Shown one piece after another: positions 17,831-27,473 of a stretch of 64,000 bases of DNA (position 1 is its first letter; every line of letters begins with the position of its first letter). The notes below the pieces were generated by a model. The model was given only the letters and a program-made list of their open reading frames with translations, made no database searches and was not told the origin of the DNA. This DNA is from a virus: UHGV virus genome UHGV-0176771; one strand, 5' to 3'. A program made the position numbers and the translations under genes.

Positions 17831-19666
17831 ATGGTAGAAAATAAAGATAAAAAATATAATTCAGATAAACATTGGGAACTTGTAAATTTTTGTGAATTTG
17901 ATAAGTATGCAGCAAAGAGCTACTGTGCAATTCACAATGTAGATGAAAATTTGAATCTTGGTGATATCACAAAGGTCGATGAAACTGAATTAGATGATTT
18001 TAATATGATTTGTGGAGGGTCGCCGTGCCAGGATTTCAGCGTGGCAGGAAAACAAAAGGGGTCTGTATGGACTTGTAAAGATTGTGGACATGAATATAAT
18101 CCATTAACAGTTCATTGGAGTAAAAGAGATTGTTGTCCGAATTGTGGAAGTAAAAATATTGAAAAGACAAGATCTTCTCTCCTTGTAGAATATTTACGAG
18201 TAGTTAGATCAAATAGACCTAATTTTGGAATTTATGAAAATGTAAAGAATATTGTTGGAAAACAGTTTAAAGACACAACATTTAAATTATTTACTGATGA
18301 ATTAGAAGAATATGGATATAACGTATATTGGAAGGTTCTGAATGCTAAAAATTATGGAATTCCACAGAACAGAGAACGTGTGTATCTGTTATTTATTAAA
18401 AAGGATTTGGATAATGGTAAGTTTGAATTTCCAGAGCCTTTTGATAATGGATTAAGATTGAAGGATTTATTGGAAGATGAAGTCGATGAGAAGTTCTATA
18501 TTTCTGATGAGAAAGTTGAAAGATTTATTACAAATTTAAATGACAAAAATTCTTTATTATATGATCCATGCCAAGTGAAAAGAGAAGGAAAGAGCAGAGA
18601 ATATTCTGAATATGCACCAACATTAACTTCGAGAGATTATAAAGATCCAAGATTAGTAAATGAAAATGTTGTAAGACAAGTTGGAAATATTTCCGATTGT
18701 AATGGAGCATGGGACAATCCGCAAGTAGGGAGAGTTTATGATGTAAGTGGTTGCAGCCAAACATTGAATACATGTAGTGGTGGTGGTCATGAACCGAAGG
18801 TTATTACAGGAATTGATAAGTCATATAACAATCCAAAATTCATTGAAACGGCAAATTGTATTACTTCACGAGAAGATCGTGGTATTTCAAATAGGAAGTC
18901 TGAAGGTGCAGCAGTTTTAGAAACTCCAAATATTAGTTATTGTTTGGACTCTAACTATTACAAAGGAACAACAATAGAACAATATATGAATAAACATCGT
19001 AGACAATTGATAGTCGAAAATAATAAAGTTGCAATCAAACAAGCTACTAAACAAGGATATATCGAATGTGAAATTGGTGGTGTTGCAGATTTGTCTTATC
19101 CAGACAGTAAAACTAGAAGAGGCCGAGTGCAGGATAATGGGAATACACGCCCAACCATTACGGCTACAGAAACTTGTATTTGTAGAATTGAACCTAAAGA
19201 AAGATTTTTTAAACAAGCACTTGAAACTTTAAATGAAAATGATTGTAAACCAGGAGATACAATTAACGCATTTAATAAACATGTTGACAAAACTGGATTT
19301 TCTCCAACATTAACTACAAGACCAGAAGGATTTAAAACAGCAATTCTACCTGTTACAGATAATATTAGAATTCGTAAGCTAACGCCGAAGGAGTGCTTTA
19401 GGCTTATGGGATTTTCTGATGAAGATTTTGATTCAGCGCAGAAAGCAGGAATCTCAAACAGTCAATTGTACAAGCAAGCTGGAAATTCAATTGTAGTAGA
19501 TGTTCTTTATTACATATATGTAGAGCTTTATAAAGCTATGCCTTATTTGTTTGATGATCTGAAATTAAGTAGTTTCTTCTCTGGAATTGGCGCTTTTGAG
19601 ATTGCACTTGATAGATTATACAAAGGTATTAATTCCGGAAATTTTATCAATCCACAGACAGAGTAA
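17831..19666 (+). CDS. DNA (cytosine-5)-methyltransferase, circularly permuted (motif I at the C-terminus), with an inserted zinc ribbon
   Basis: The motif order runs motif II/III (ELVNFCEFDKYAAKSY) at the N-terminus, then IV (ICGGSPCQDFSVAG), VI (IYENVKNIV), VIII (GIPQNRERVYLL), X (QAGNSIVVDVL), and the AdoMet motif I (LSSFFSGIGAFEIAL) is the last block. A CxxC...CxxC ribbon lies between IV and VI. Confidence 0.75.
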   Translation: MVENKDKKYNSDKHWELVNFCEFDKYAAKSYCAIHNVDENLNLGDITKVDETELDDFNMICGGSPCQDFSVAGKQKGSVWTCKDCGHEYNPLTVHWSKRDCCPNCGSKNIEKTRSSLLVEYLRVVRSNRPNFGIYENVKNIVGKQFKDTTFKLFTDELEEYGYNVYWKVLNAKNYGIPQNRERVYLLFIKKDLDNGKFEFPEPFDNGLRLKDLLEDEVDEKFYISDEKVERFITNLNDKNSLLYDPCQVKREGKSREYSEYAPTLTSRDYKDPRLVNENVVRQVGNISDCNGAWDNPQVGRVYDVSGCSQTLNTCSGGGHEPKVITGIDKSYNNPKFIETANCITSREDRGISNRKSEGAAVLETPNISYCLDSNYYKGTTIEQYMNKHRRQLIVENNKVAIKQATKQGYIECEIGGVADLSYPDSKTRRGRVQDNGNTRPTITATETCICRIEPKERFFKQALETLNENDCKPGDTINAFNKHVDKTGFSPTLTTRPEGFKTAILPVTDNIRIRKLTPKECFRLMGFSDEDFDSAQKAGISNSQLYKQAGNSIVVDVLYYIYVELYKAMPYLFDDLKLSSFFSGIGAFEIALDRLYKGINSGNFINPQTE

Positions 19667-19931
19667 AATCTGTTTGTGGCAAAGAATATTTATGTTTGAA
19701 ATATCAGAGAACTGAGTATGCAAAAAAAATCAGAAAAGAATATGAAGCGGGCAAAATCAAAGAACGTAGATGCAATATGAGAGAATATACATTTAGAACA
19801 GACAGATGCTGTAATACAATAACAACAGTTCAAAAAGATAATTATATTACAGAGATAAATAATTGAAACTCACGTTTCAAATGGAGAAAATATGAAGTAT
19901 AAAGCAAAATTTGTTTTTATTTGGAGGGATA

Positions 19932-20186
19932 ATGATGATTAAGACATTAAAAGATACAGTAGAATTGATGAACAGCGAAGATTATAGAGATCGGTTTGTC
20001 GCTGAATATAAACAGCTTGTAATTAGATATAAAGGATTAATGAATATGTTGGATAAATGGGATAGAGGAGAGTTGAATTTTGAACCGACTTGTCCAAGAA
20101 GTACATATAATATGCAGATTAAAGCAATGACAGATTATATTGTAGTTCTTGAGGCGAGAGCGGTTATGGAAGGAATTATATTATAA
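19932..20186 (+). CDS. hypothetical protein
   Basis: ATG after GGAGGGATA; the track ORF starts at 19911. Confidence 0.4.
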   Translation: MMIKTLKDTVELMNSEDYRDRFVAEYKQLVIRYKGLMNMLDKWDRGELNFEPTCPRSTYNMQIKAMTDYIVVLEARAVMEGIIL

Positions 20187-20281
20187 AAATAGAATAAATA
20201 AGCACAACAGTTATGAATTTTTAAGAAAGGATAAATGTTCACATGTGAGTAAAGCTGCGCAGCTACTAAGGTGAACTAAAA

Positions 20282-21280
20282 TTGAAAAATTATATTCCCC
20301 AAAAGGCAAGTTCGATTGAAGAGTTAATCAAAGATTGTCCCAAAAATCAAGTTATTCTTGATAATCTAATAAGAGCGTGGGCGATTATTAATAGTCCTAA
20401 ATATAAAAAAATATTATGTAGTATTTCAGGTGGATCTGACAGCGATATTATGTTGGATATTGTTTGGAGATGTGATAAAGACAACAAGGTTGATTACGTT
20501 TGGTTTGATACTGGACTTGAATATCAAGCGACAAAAGACCATTTGGAATATCTTGAGAGAAAATATGATATAAAATTTATTCGCAAAAAAGCAATTAAGC
20601 CTATTCCTATTGCTTGTAAAGAACATGGGAAACCATTCATTTCTAAAAATGTTAGTGAATTTATACAAAGATTACAACGACATAATTTTCAATGGGAAGA
20701 TGAATCTTTTGATGTATTAATAAAAAAATATCCTAAGTGTCAATCTGCTCTTGAATGGTGGTGCAATACTAAAGGGGAAAATTCTCAATTTAATATAAAG
20801 AATAAGAAATGGTTGAAAGAATTTATGATTAAAAATCCACCAGTATTTAAGATTTCAAACAAGTGTTGTACTTACGCAAAAAAGAAAGTTGCGAATAAAA
20901 TATTAAAAGAAAATAAATATGATTTGAATATCATAGGTGTGAGAAAATCTGAAGGTGGTGCTAGAGCAACAGCATACAAAAATTGTTTTGATGATACTGA
21001 TGGAGACTATGATAATTACAGACCTATTTTTTGGTACAGAGATCAAGATAAGATTGATTATGAAAATACATATGGAATTATACATAGCAATTGTTATACA
21101 GAATATGGATTAAAACGTACGGGTTGTGTTGGATGTCCATATGGAAGAAATTTCGAGGATGAATTAGAAGTAGTAAAACAATATGAGCCAAAACTATACA
21201 AGGCTGTTTGTAATATATTTAAGGATTCTTATGAGTATACACGACAATACAAAGAGTTTATAGAAAATATGAAAGGTTAG
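20282..21280 (+). CDS. PAPS-reductase-like PP-loop ATP-pyrophosphatase family protein
   Basis: 332 aa; PP-loop CSISGGSDSD; C-terminal Cys motif GCVGCPYG, as in phage PAPS-reductase/DUF3440-type proteins. TTG start. Confidence 0.5.
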   Translation: MKNYIPQKASSIEELIKDCPKNQVILDNLIRAWAIINSPKYKKILCSISGGSDSDIMLDIVWRCDKDNKVDYVWFDTGLEYQATKDHLEYLERKYDIKFIRKKAIKPIPIACKEHGKPFISKNVSEFIQRLQRHNFQWEDESFDVLIKKYPKCQSALEWWCNTKGENSQFNIKNKKWLKEFMIKNPPVFKISNKCCTYAKKKVANKILKENKYDLNIIGVRKSEGGARATAYKNCFDDTDGDYDNYRPIFWYRDQDKIDYENTYGIIHSNCYTEYGLKRTGCVGCPYGRNFEDELEVVKQYEPKLYKAVCNIFKDSYEYTRQYKEFIENMKG

Positions 21281-21304
21281 TTTCGTTTGGAGGTGTATTA
21301 AGTT

Positions 21305-21550
21305 TTGACAGTTAAAGATCTGATTAAGAATAAAGATTACGATTACATCTCATGTAGATTAAAGATTCCAAAAGATAAAGAAAAATATTACGGAAAATCC
21401 ATATTCATTGGTTGCGCTGCGAGTAAGAATGGGAAACTGATTTCCATGGATGGAGACACCTATGAAGAAGATGATACAGTCTTGGAATATGAAGAGTGGA
21501 GTAAACCAGAAGAGAATATAAAGAGTGGATTAACTGTGGTGATAGATTGA
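21305..21550 (+). CDS. hypothetical protein
   Basis: 81-aa ORF with a TTG start after GGAGGTGTATTAAGT. Confidence 0.3.
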   Translation: MTVKDLIKNKDYDYISCRLKIPKDKEKYYGKSIFIGCAASKNGKLISMDGDTYEEDDTVLEYEEWSKPEENIKSGLTVVID

Positions 21551-21579
21551 ATAGCATATAAAACAAGCGAGGTGATAGT

Positions 21580-22095
21580 ATGACCGATTATCAAAAACAG
21601 TTAGTAACTGACAATCATAATTTGATTTATAGATTTTTACAGAAAGAAAAATTAAATATGGAAGATTGGTATGATTTGGCTGCAATTGGAATGTGTAAAG
21701 CAGCGAAAACATTTAATGAAGGAACGTCCAAATTTTCTACATATGCATTCAAATGTATGTTTAATGAAGTGTATAGCGAAAAGAAAAAAGAATTGCGTCA
21801 GAGGGCAATTCCAAAAAATGAGATTCTATATTATAACACAGAGTACGAGAATGAATCCGGAAACAAGGTAGAATTTATTGATAAAATTCAATCGGATCAA
21901 AATGTTGAAAACGATTGTATTCATAAAGTTGCTATTCGAAATGCATTTAATAAAATGAAAGAAAAACATAAACCTATCATCTCATTATTTTTGCAAGGAT
22001 ATAAACAAGTGGAAATAATGAAAATTGCTGGATGTTCTCAGCCACATGTTTCGAGAGTAATGAAGAAATTTGTAGATGAATATGCGAGATGTTGA
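21580..22095 (+). CDS. sigma-70 family RNA polymerase sigma factor (regions 2 and 4 only)
   Basis: 171 aa; region 2-like LVTDNHNLIYRFL...YDLAAIGMCKAAKTFN; region 4 HTH LQGYKQVEIMKIAGCSQPHVSRVMKK. Confidence 0.6.
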   Translation: MTDYQKQLVTDNHNLIYRFLQKEKLNMEDWYDLAAIGMCKAAKTFNEGTSKFSTYAFKCMFNEVYSEKKKELRQRAIPKNEILYYNTEYENESGNKVEFIDKIQSDQNVENDCIHKVAIRNAFNKMKEKHKPIISLFLQGYKQVEIMKIAGCSQPHVSRVMKKFVDEYARC

Positions 22096-22115
22096 GATAA
22101 AAGGAGAATCAATTT

Positions 22116-22676
22116 ATGCCAATAGTAAGAAGCGTAGATAGTGTACATATTGAATATACAATTCCATCAGATATTAAAATTTTGATCACAGATGATTTTT
22201 TGAATGAATTTTTATATCAACTTATTCGAATTGCAGGAATTTCACCGTACGACTTTGCAGACGAAGGAATTGAGTATGTGACGGGAACGTGCTCGTGGTA
22301 TGCAGCTTTTGGAAAAGCTTGTATTGACACAGATAATAAGAAATTATTTGATTATAGAAATTCACTGGAATGGTATGATTCAGATATTTTTGATTCAGAA
22401 ATAATTGGGGTTTTAATTGAGAAAGAATTCATCCTAGGATATAAGATTGATATTATCAAAAGAGAACTTGATGTTGAATTTGAAGATGTAGATGTGTGTG
22501 ATAAATGCGGGATGCTAATGCGAACAGATATCCTTATTAAAAACGGAGAAGGATATATATGTCCATATTGTAAAGATGTAGATGATGGAGATAAATATGA
22601 AAATGGAACATCTGATTATTATAGGGAGATATGTAGAGAAGTAGACGAATATAGGGGAAATAATAATGAGCGATAA
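22116..22676 (+). CDS. hypothetical protein with a C-terminal zinc ribbon
   Basis: 186 aa; CDKCG...CPYC. Confidence 0.45.
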   Translation: MPIVRSVDSVHIEYTIPSDIKILITDDFLNEFLYQLIRIAGISPYDFADEGIEYVTGTCSWYAAFGKACIDTDNKKLFDYRNSLEWYDSDIFDSEIIGVLIEKEFILGYKIDIIKRELDVEFEDVDVCDKCGMLMRTDILIKNGEGYICPYCKDVDDGDKYENGTSDYYREICREVDEYRGNNNER

Positions 22677-23037
22677 AGAATTATGCGATGAGTACTTTCT
22701 GAATCGTGGATACAAAAAATACGACAAAACACAATTCCAGAGATCAGATATATATTTGTATAATTTTCAAAAAAGATTTGATGATGAAAAAGGCAAGAAA
22801 TATTTTATTGATGTACATAAAATATCGAACGAATGGATGCCGGAACACGATAAAAGTAAAGAGTGGTACAAGCCATTTCAATATACATATTCTTGTCAGT
22901 TATATAAGAAAGATACTCATGCACCTGTAAATATGGAATTCTTTTCTGATTGGACGATTGAGCAGGTAGAGAAGTTTGTTGAAAAACTATTTCAGAATGG
23001 TGAATTGGATTATTACGAAAGGTGGGATGAAGAGTGA
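22666..23037 (+). CDS. hypothetical protein
   Basis: 123-aa ORF overlapping its upstream neighbour by 11 nt. Confidence 0.45.
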   Translation: MSDKELCDEYFLNRGYKKYDKTQFQRSDIYLYNFQKRFDDEKGKKYFIDVHKISNEWMPEHDKSKEWYKPFQYTYSCQLYKKDTHAPVNMEFFSDWTIEQVEKFVEKLFQNGELDYYERWDEE

Positions 23038-23098
23038 ATAAATATTGTGCAAGCAAGGATGGATATATAGTTTTTGAAGATGGAGGGGGGTAAACCCA

Positions 23099-23326
23099 AT
23101 GTGTTATGGTGCTTCCGAAAGGTGGTTCCAGGATTACGATAAAGCAATGGAGTATGCCATAGGTATTGTATTAAAAAGAGTCAATGAATTCAAAGATCGT
23201 ATAGATTATAACTCCGTTGTAGTTTATGGGGGAAGCGAAGAACATTTGAAGTTAAATTCTGTTTCTGACAGGGGAAGGACAATCTTTCAATGGAATAATT
23301 ATGGAATGAATGTACGTAATAAATAA
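23099..23326 (+). CDS. hypothetical protein
   Basis: 75-aa ORF. Confidence 0.35.
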   Translation: MCYGASERWFQDYDKAMEYAIGIVLKRVNEFKDRIDYNSVVVYGGSEEHLKLNSVSDRGRTIFQWNNYGMNVRNK

Positions 23327-23341
23327 AGCGAGGTGTGAATA

Positions 23342-23644
23342 ATGAGAAAATTATCTGAAGAAAATTTCGATACAATTAGACAATATAACAAAAATTTGAG
23401 TGAATTATATTTGATGGTAGAAAACGGATGTCAATCAGATATTACTGTTAATGATATGACAGAATGTATGGAGTGTATTTGTTCATTGATAAAAACAAAT
23501 ACAATGGCTAATACATCTACTGACATGCATAAAAAAGATATTGAAATTTTACGCGAGATTATTTGTGATCAGGCAATTAAGATTCAGAAACAGAAGAAAG
23601 AAATGGAGCGATTTAAATATGAAGATTTGTACCGGAGCATGTAA
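23342..23644 (+). CDS. hypothetical protein
   Basis: 100-aa ORF; RBS AAGCGAGGTGTGAATA. Confidence 0.4.
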   Translation: MRKLSEENFDTIRQYNKNLSELYLMVENGCQSDITVNDMTECMECICSLIKTNTMANTSTDMHKKDIEILREIICDQAIKIQKQKKEMERFKYEDLYRSM

Positions 23645-23789
23645 AAATTGTAGCGAAAAACCAGAGCCAGAGTGTGGAGAGATTTGCAGAGAAATGGCTG
23701 AATTGCAGCTTGATTTATTAAATGAGATTCTGCTTACAGAACTCACAGAAAAACAGGCGGATTTAGTAAATAAATGGTGTCATTTATAA
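23619..23789 (+). CDS. hypothetical small Cys-rich protein
   Basis: 56 aa from the ATG at 23619 (RBS GGAGCG); CTGACKNCSE...ECGEICRE. The track ORF (23541) begins upstream without an RBS. Confidence 0.3.
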   Translation: MKICTGACKNCSEKPEPECGEICREMAELQLDLLNEILLTELTEKQADLVNKWCHL

Positions 23790-23812
23790 AAATAGGAAGG
23801 ATGACTGATTAT

Positions 23813-24055
23813 ATGAAAATTGTATCGAATAAGAAAATGATGACAAATGTAATGAATATTAAATCAGGACATGTATTTTGCTTCAGAGAAACTTACTATA
23901 TGAAACTTGCAGATATCGGAGAAAATTGTGCGGTGAATTTATTAGATGGACTTGTTTACAGTAACTCATTCTTTAAGTCGGATGTCTATGAAGTTTATGC
24001 AGAACTACATGTAAAAGATAATCCTAAAGATAATAATGTAATCGTGCAAGAATAA
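23813..24055 (+). CDS. hypothetical protein
   Basis: ATG at 23813 after GGAAGG; the track ORF starts at 23774. Confidence 0.35.
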   Translation: MKIVSNKKMMTNVMNIKSGHVFCFRETYYMKLADIGENCAVNLLDGLVYSNSFFKSDVYEVYAELHVKDNPKDNNVIVQE

Positions 24056-24090
24056 TTTGAAAGAGAACTTTTATTCAGGAGAATAAAAAT

Positions 24091-24384
24091 ATGAACAAGC
24101 AATTTATTGATAAACAAAAATTGGCGGAGCAGTTTGTAAAAGAGACAGGATTTTCTCCTGGTCAAGTTGGAGTTGGATACATTGACGATTTGATTGATAA
24201 ACAGCCGGTAGCTTTTGATATGGATAGGGTTATTGATCAAATCAGATTGTATGCAGCATTAAATGGAGAATTTATTTGCGGAGATAATTCAATGGATGAA
24301 ACTGTTTATATTCCAGTTAATATTGCTATTGAGATTGTAAAGTTATGTGGAATTGGAGATCCGTATAGATTACTTAGAAAGTAG
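24091..24384 (+). CDS. hypothetical protein
   Basis: 97-aa ORF; RBS AGGAGAATAAAAAT. Confidence 0.4.
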   Translation: MNKQFIDKQKLAEQFVKETGFSPGQVGVGYIDDLIDKQPVAFDMDRVIDQIRLYAALNGEFICGDNSMDETVYIPVNIAIEIVKLCGIGDPYRLLRK

Positions 24385-24391
24385 GTGAAAT

Positions 24392-25144
24392 ATGAAACAG
24401 GGATTTGAGAAAAGATTTAAAAATGGAGATATTGTTTATTGGTGTCATAGTGAAGGGAATGGAAGATACACAGTAAAATATGGAATGGTAGATGAGCAGT
24501 TTTCTGATGCGGTTGTGATTGATCATTTAACTGCAAGGGAAAGAAGATTAGTAAATGGAATCCCAATTGATGAGTTTGAGAGCGAAACAAAATACAAGAA
24601 GCTTCCAAAAGGTTGGACATATGATACTAGGTTATTTGAAATTACACATTCTGATTTAACAGACGAAGAAATTTCATTTCTTATCGATTTTAAGAAACCA
24701 GAAATGATTAAGAAAGGATATGATTTTGGATATTTGGTAAAGGATTGTACAATTTTCCACGGCGTAATTGAAAATGAAATTACAAAGGACGGATATAGAA
24801 TTGTAAAGAAATATCCAATGTGGAAACATCATATTGATCATGTATCTATTCGTCCGGACAAAGTCTATTTTACATATGAAGAAGCAAAATCCGAAGTAAA
24901 CAAAAATGTAAAAGAGTTTGAAAGACAATTATCGTTAACGGATTATGAATGGTCAGTAGAGCATATTTGTAAGAATTTAGACATTTTTAAAGCAATTCAT
25001 GGTTTATCCGAGAGAGATATTGATTCTTATAGAGAATTTATCCTTGGTATGGATAATGTAGAGAATATAGAAACCAGAATTTACCAAGGACAGATCCAGT
25101 GGAAATATGAAGATAAGAAAAGATGGAATTATATTGAATTGTAA
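24392..25144 (+). CDS. hypothetical protein
   Basis: 250-aa ORF; RBS AGGTGAAAT. Confidence 0.45.
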   Translation: MKQGFEKRFKNGDIVYWCHSEGNGRYTVKYGMVDEQFSDAVVIDHLTARERRLVNGIPIDEFESETKYKKLPKGWTYDTRLFEITHSDLTDEEISFLIDFKKPEMIKKGYDFGYLVKDCTIFHGVIENEITKDGYRIVKKYPMWKHHIDHVSIRPDKVYFTYEEAKSEVNKNVKEFERQLSLTDYEWSVEHICKNLDIFKAIHGLSERDIDSYREFILGMDNVENIETRIYQGQIQWKYEDKKRWNYIEL

Positions 25145-25158
25145 GGGAGAATAAATGA

Positions 25159-25374
25159 ATGTGTGGAATATATAGATATGATAAATGTTTGAGATGTGGA
25201 CGTGGAAATATTTTATATATTTCTGAACAAGAACATGATTATGAGTGGACGTGTAAAAATTGTAATCATGTAAATAGAAAATTAAATAAATGGGTACAAC
25301 CTCCTAATTTAAAGAGAAGAGTTTCGTTAGGCTGGATTCCATTAGAGGAGTTAAAAAAATATGAAAAAAGTTGA
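25159..25374 (+). CDS. hypothetical zinc-ribbon protein
   Basis: 71 aa; CLRCG...CKNC. Confidence 0.4.
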   Translation: MCGIYRYDKCLRCGRGNILYISEQEHDYEWTCKNCNHVNRKLNKWVQPPNLKRRVSLGWIPLEELKKYEKS

Positions 25375-25603
25375 AGAGAGATACTATTGTGATATATGCG
25401 GTAAAGAGTGTGAACATACGCCTGATTATGTGTTACCGGAGTTGTTTACAGGAGCTTTTCAAAATGTAAAAGTTAATTCTGTAGAAAAGGATTTATGTCC
25501 TGAATGTGAAAAAGAAATTGCTAGTATCGTGCGACTATTAAAAGGAAGCCATACTATCAGTATTGCGAATCAAAATGGAGAATCATTTACTATTGTAAAA
25601 TAA
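25361..25603 (+). CDS. hypothetical zinc-ribbon protein
   Basis: 80 aa; CDICG...CPEC. Confidence 0.4.
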   Translation: MKKVEERYYCDICGKECEHTPDYVLPELFTGAFQNVKVNSVEKDLCPECEKEIASIVRLLKGSHTISIANQNGESFTIVK

Positions 25604-25618
25604 ATTCTTGGTTTTATA

Positions 25619-25951
25619 TTGCAGCAGAACGGAGGGTGGATTTTAGTGATTATTGTATCGTGGATTTTTGTAGGTTTTCTTTCATGGCTGTTTTTGCTTC
25701 TTAGTACTTTAAGGAAAAGTGAATATAACAAAGAAGATTTAAAGGATTATTTTAATGTAAGAGATTTATCGTGTATATGTTTATGCGGATGGTTTTCACC
25801 TGTAATTATATTTGTAATCATATTACTTTGCTACATAGCTGATAAACTTGAATCACGAAAGTGTAGTTTTCGTGAATGGTTATACGATATTCTTTATAAA
25901 ATAGCGAACGTTGGAGTAAATCAAAAAGAGAATAAGAAAAAAGAGGACTAA
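25619..25951 (+). CDS. hypothetical membrane protein
   Basis: Two predicted TM helices (WILVIIVSWIFVGFLSWLFLLL; FSPVIIFVIILLCYI). The start may be the GTG at 25646 after GGAGGGTGG. Confidence 0.4.
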   Translation: MQQNGGWILVIIVSWIFVGFLSWLFLLLSTLRKSEYNKEDLKDYFNVRDLSCICLCGWFSPVIIFVIILLCYIADKLESRKCSFREWLYDILYKIANVGVNQKENKKKED

Positions 25952-25953
25952 TT

Positions 25954-26367
25954 ATGCTGGTGAGATCAGAGAGAACATGTAGGACAGTTCAGGACGCAGT
26001 TGATTTTATTATGGACGAATGTAAAAACAAAAATATGCGCATTGACCGTCTTGTAAAAGAGAATAAAAGACTGACAGACGAATATAGCAAAGATGAAGAA
26101 ATTCAGAAGATGAATCAACAGTTAGATAATATGAGAGAAGATCTTCTGCGCGGATTTCCAATTACAGAGATTGAAAATGAGAGAATTAAGGAATGGAAGA
26201 ATGAACACGAAGAAAAAGTTCATGGAATTACAAAATCTTCTAAAAAGATTAGGTATGGTGGAGCAATTGGCGGAAGCTATACATATAAATTTACACCAAC
26301 ATCAATTGGAGTGTTTGGAACAGTTGAGTGTAGCTGCGGAGAGCGATTTGATTTTTCGGAATTGTAA
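25954..26367 (+). CDS. hypothetical protein
   Basis: 137-aa ORF; RBS AAAGAGGACTAATT. Confidence 0.4.
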   Translation: MLVRSERTCRTVQDAVDFIMDECKNKNMRIDRLVKENKRLTDEYSKDEEIQKMNQQLDNMREDLLRGFPITEIENERIKEWKNEHEEKVHGITKSSKKIRYGGAIGGSYTYKFTPTSIGVFGTVECSCGERFDFSEL

Positions 26368-26469
26368 TTAAATAAAATGGAATAAAATTAATATGTATAT
26401 AGCTTTATTATTTTTTGACTAATTTTTGTTATAGATATTATAAAACATATAGATAAAAGGAGAATAGAG

Positions 26470-26598
26470 AATGTGGGTAGTATTTTTACTTGCAGCAATG
26501 GGATTTGCGGTTGCTACCTTGTTAGTGATTTACATCGGAAATAAAGTTGTGATTGCAATGAAAAAAGATGATGCAAAATTGAACAAGGATATCAATAA
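26470..26598 (+). CDS. small hydrophobic peptide upstream of the SPFH gene
   Basis: 42-aa ORF (MWVVFLLAAMGFAVATLLVIYIG...) after AAAGGAGAATAGAGA; a single TM helix. Confidence 0.25.
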
Positions 26599-26630
26599 AG
26601 AAAACACAAACGAAAAGGAGAATGTAGCAC

Positions 26631-27473
26631 ATGAGTAAAAAGGGATTAGTATTGGGAGTTGTTGTAGCTGTAGCAGTTGTAGGAGGAGTGTTTACTGTTA
26701 AATCTGTAGAGAGAATTGGAACCGGTAAATTAGGAGTGCAGTATTCAGTAAATGGGATTAAAGAAGAGACATTGTCCGAGGGGTGGCATTTTATTAATCC
26801 ATTCTTAAAGATTAAGGAATTTTCCATTGGGAATGAACAGCTTGTACTTGAAAAGGGCAAAGAAGATAATTCAATTAAGGTTGCTACTTCAGATGATGCA
26901 AGTATTTCAGTAAGTTTTCAGATGTCGTATCGGTATAAACCAGAAGAAGTAGTTTCTACATATAAGAAGTTCCGCGGTATGGACGGAGAAGACATCGTTG
27001 ATCAGAGAGTGAAATCCGTACTCAAATCGAAAATTTCAGAAGTGACATCTGGATATTCCATGATGGACGTATATTCAGGAAGTCGTACTGAAATTAACAA
27101 TAAAATTACAGAATATTTAAATGAAGTATTTGGCAAAGAATATGGAATTGAAGTGCTTGATGCGTCTATTATTGATGTCCATCCGGATGACAAATTAAAG
27201 GAATCTATCGATGCTAGAGTTAAAGCGCTTCAGGAGAAACAGCAAGCAGAGGCGGAGCAGGAGAAGGTAAAAGTTCAGAAAGAGACTGAAAAAATTCAGG
27301 CAGAAGCAGATGCTCAGATTGAAATTACAAAGGCGAAAGCTGAAGCGGAGGCTAACAGATTAAAGTCAGAATCGATTACAGATGAACTGATCAGAATGAA
27401 AGAAGCAGAAGCTCACATGGAACATGGATTTGTAACAGTGAATGGAGCAAATACTGTTGTAACGGACAAATAA
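26631..27473 (+). CDS. SPFH/band-7 (prohibitin/HflC-like) membrane protein
   Basis: 280 aa; N-terminal TM helix (LVLGVVVAVAVVGGVF), then a band-7 core (GTGKLGVQYSVNG...EGWHFINPF...) and a long C-terminal coiled-coil KALQEKQQAEAEQEKVKVQKETEKIQAEADAQIEITKAKAEAEAN. Confidence 0.6.
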   Translation: MSKKGLVLGVVVAVAVVGGVFTVKSVERIGTGKLGVQYSVNGIKEETLSEGWHFINPFLKIKEFSIGNEQLVLEKGKEDNSIKVATSDDASISVSFQMSYRYKPEEVVSTYKKFRGMDGEDIVDQRVKSVLKSKISEVTSGYSMMDVYSGSRTEINNKITEYLNEVFGKEYGIEVLDASIIDVHPDDKLKESIDARVKALQEKQQAEAEQEKVKVQKETEKIQAEADAQIEITKAKAEAEANRLKSESITDELIRMKEAEAHMEHGFVTVNGANTVVTDK

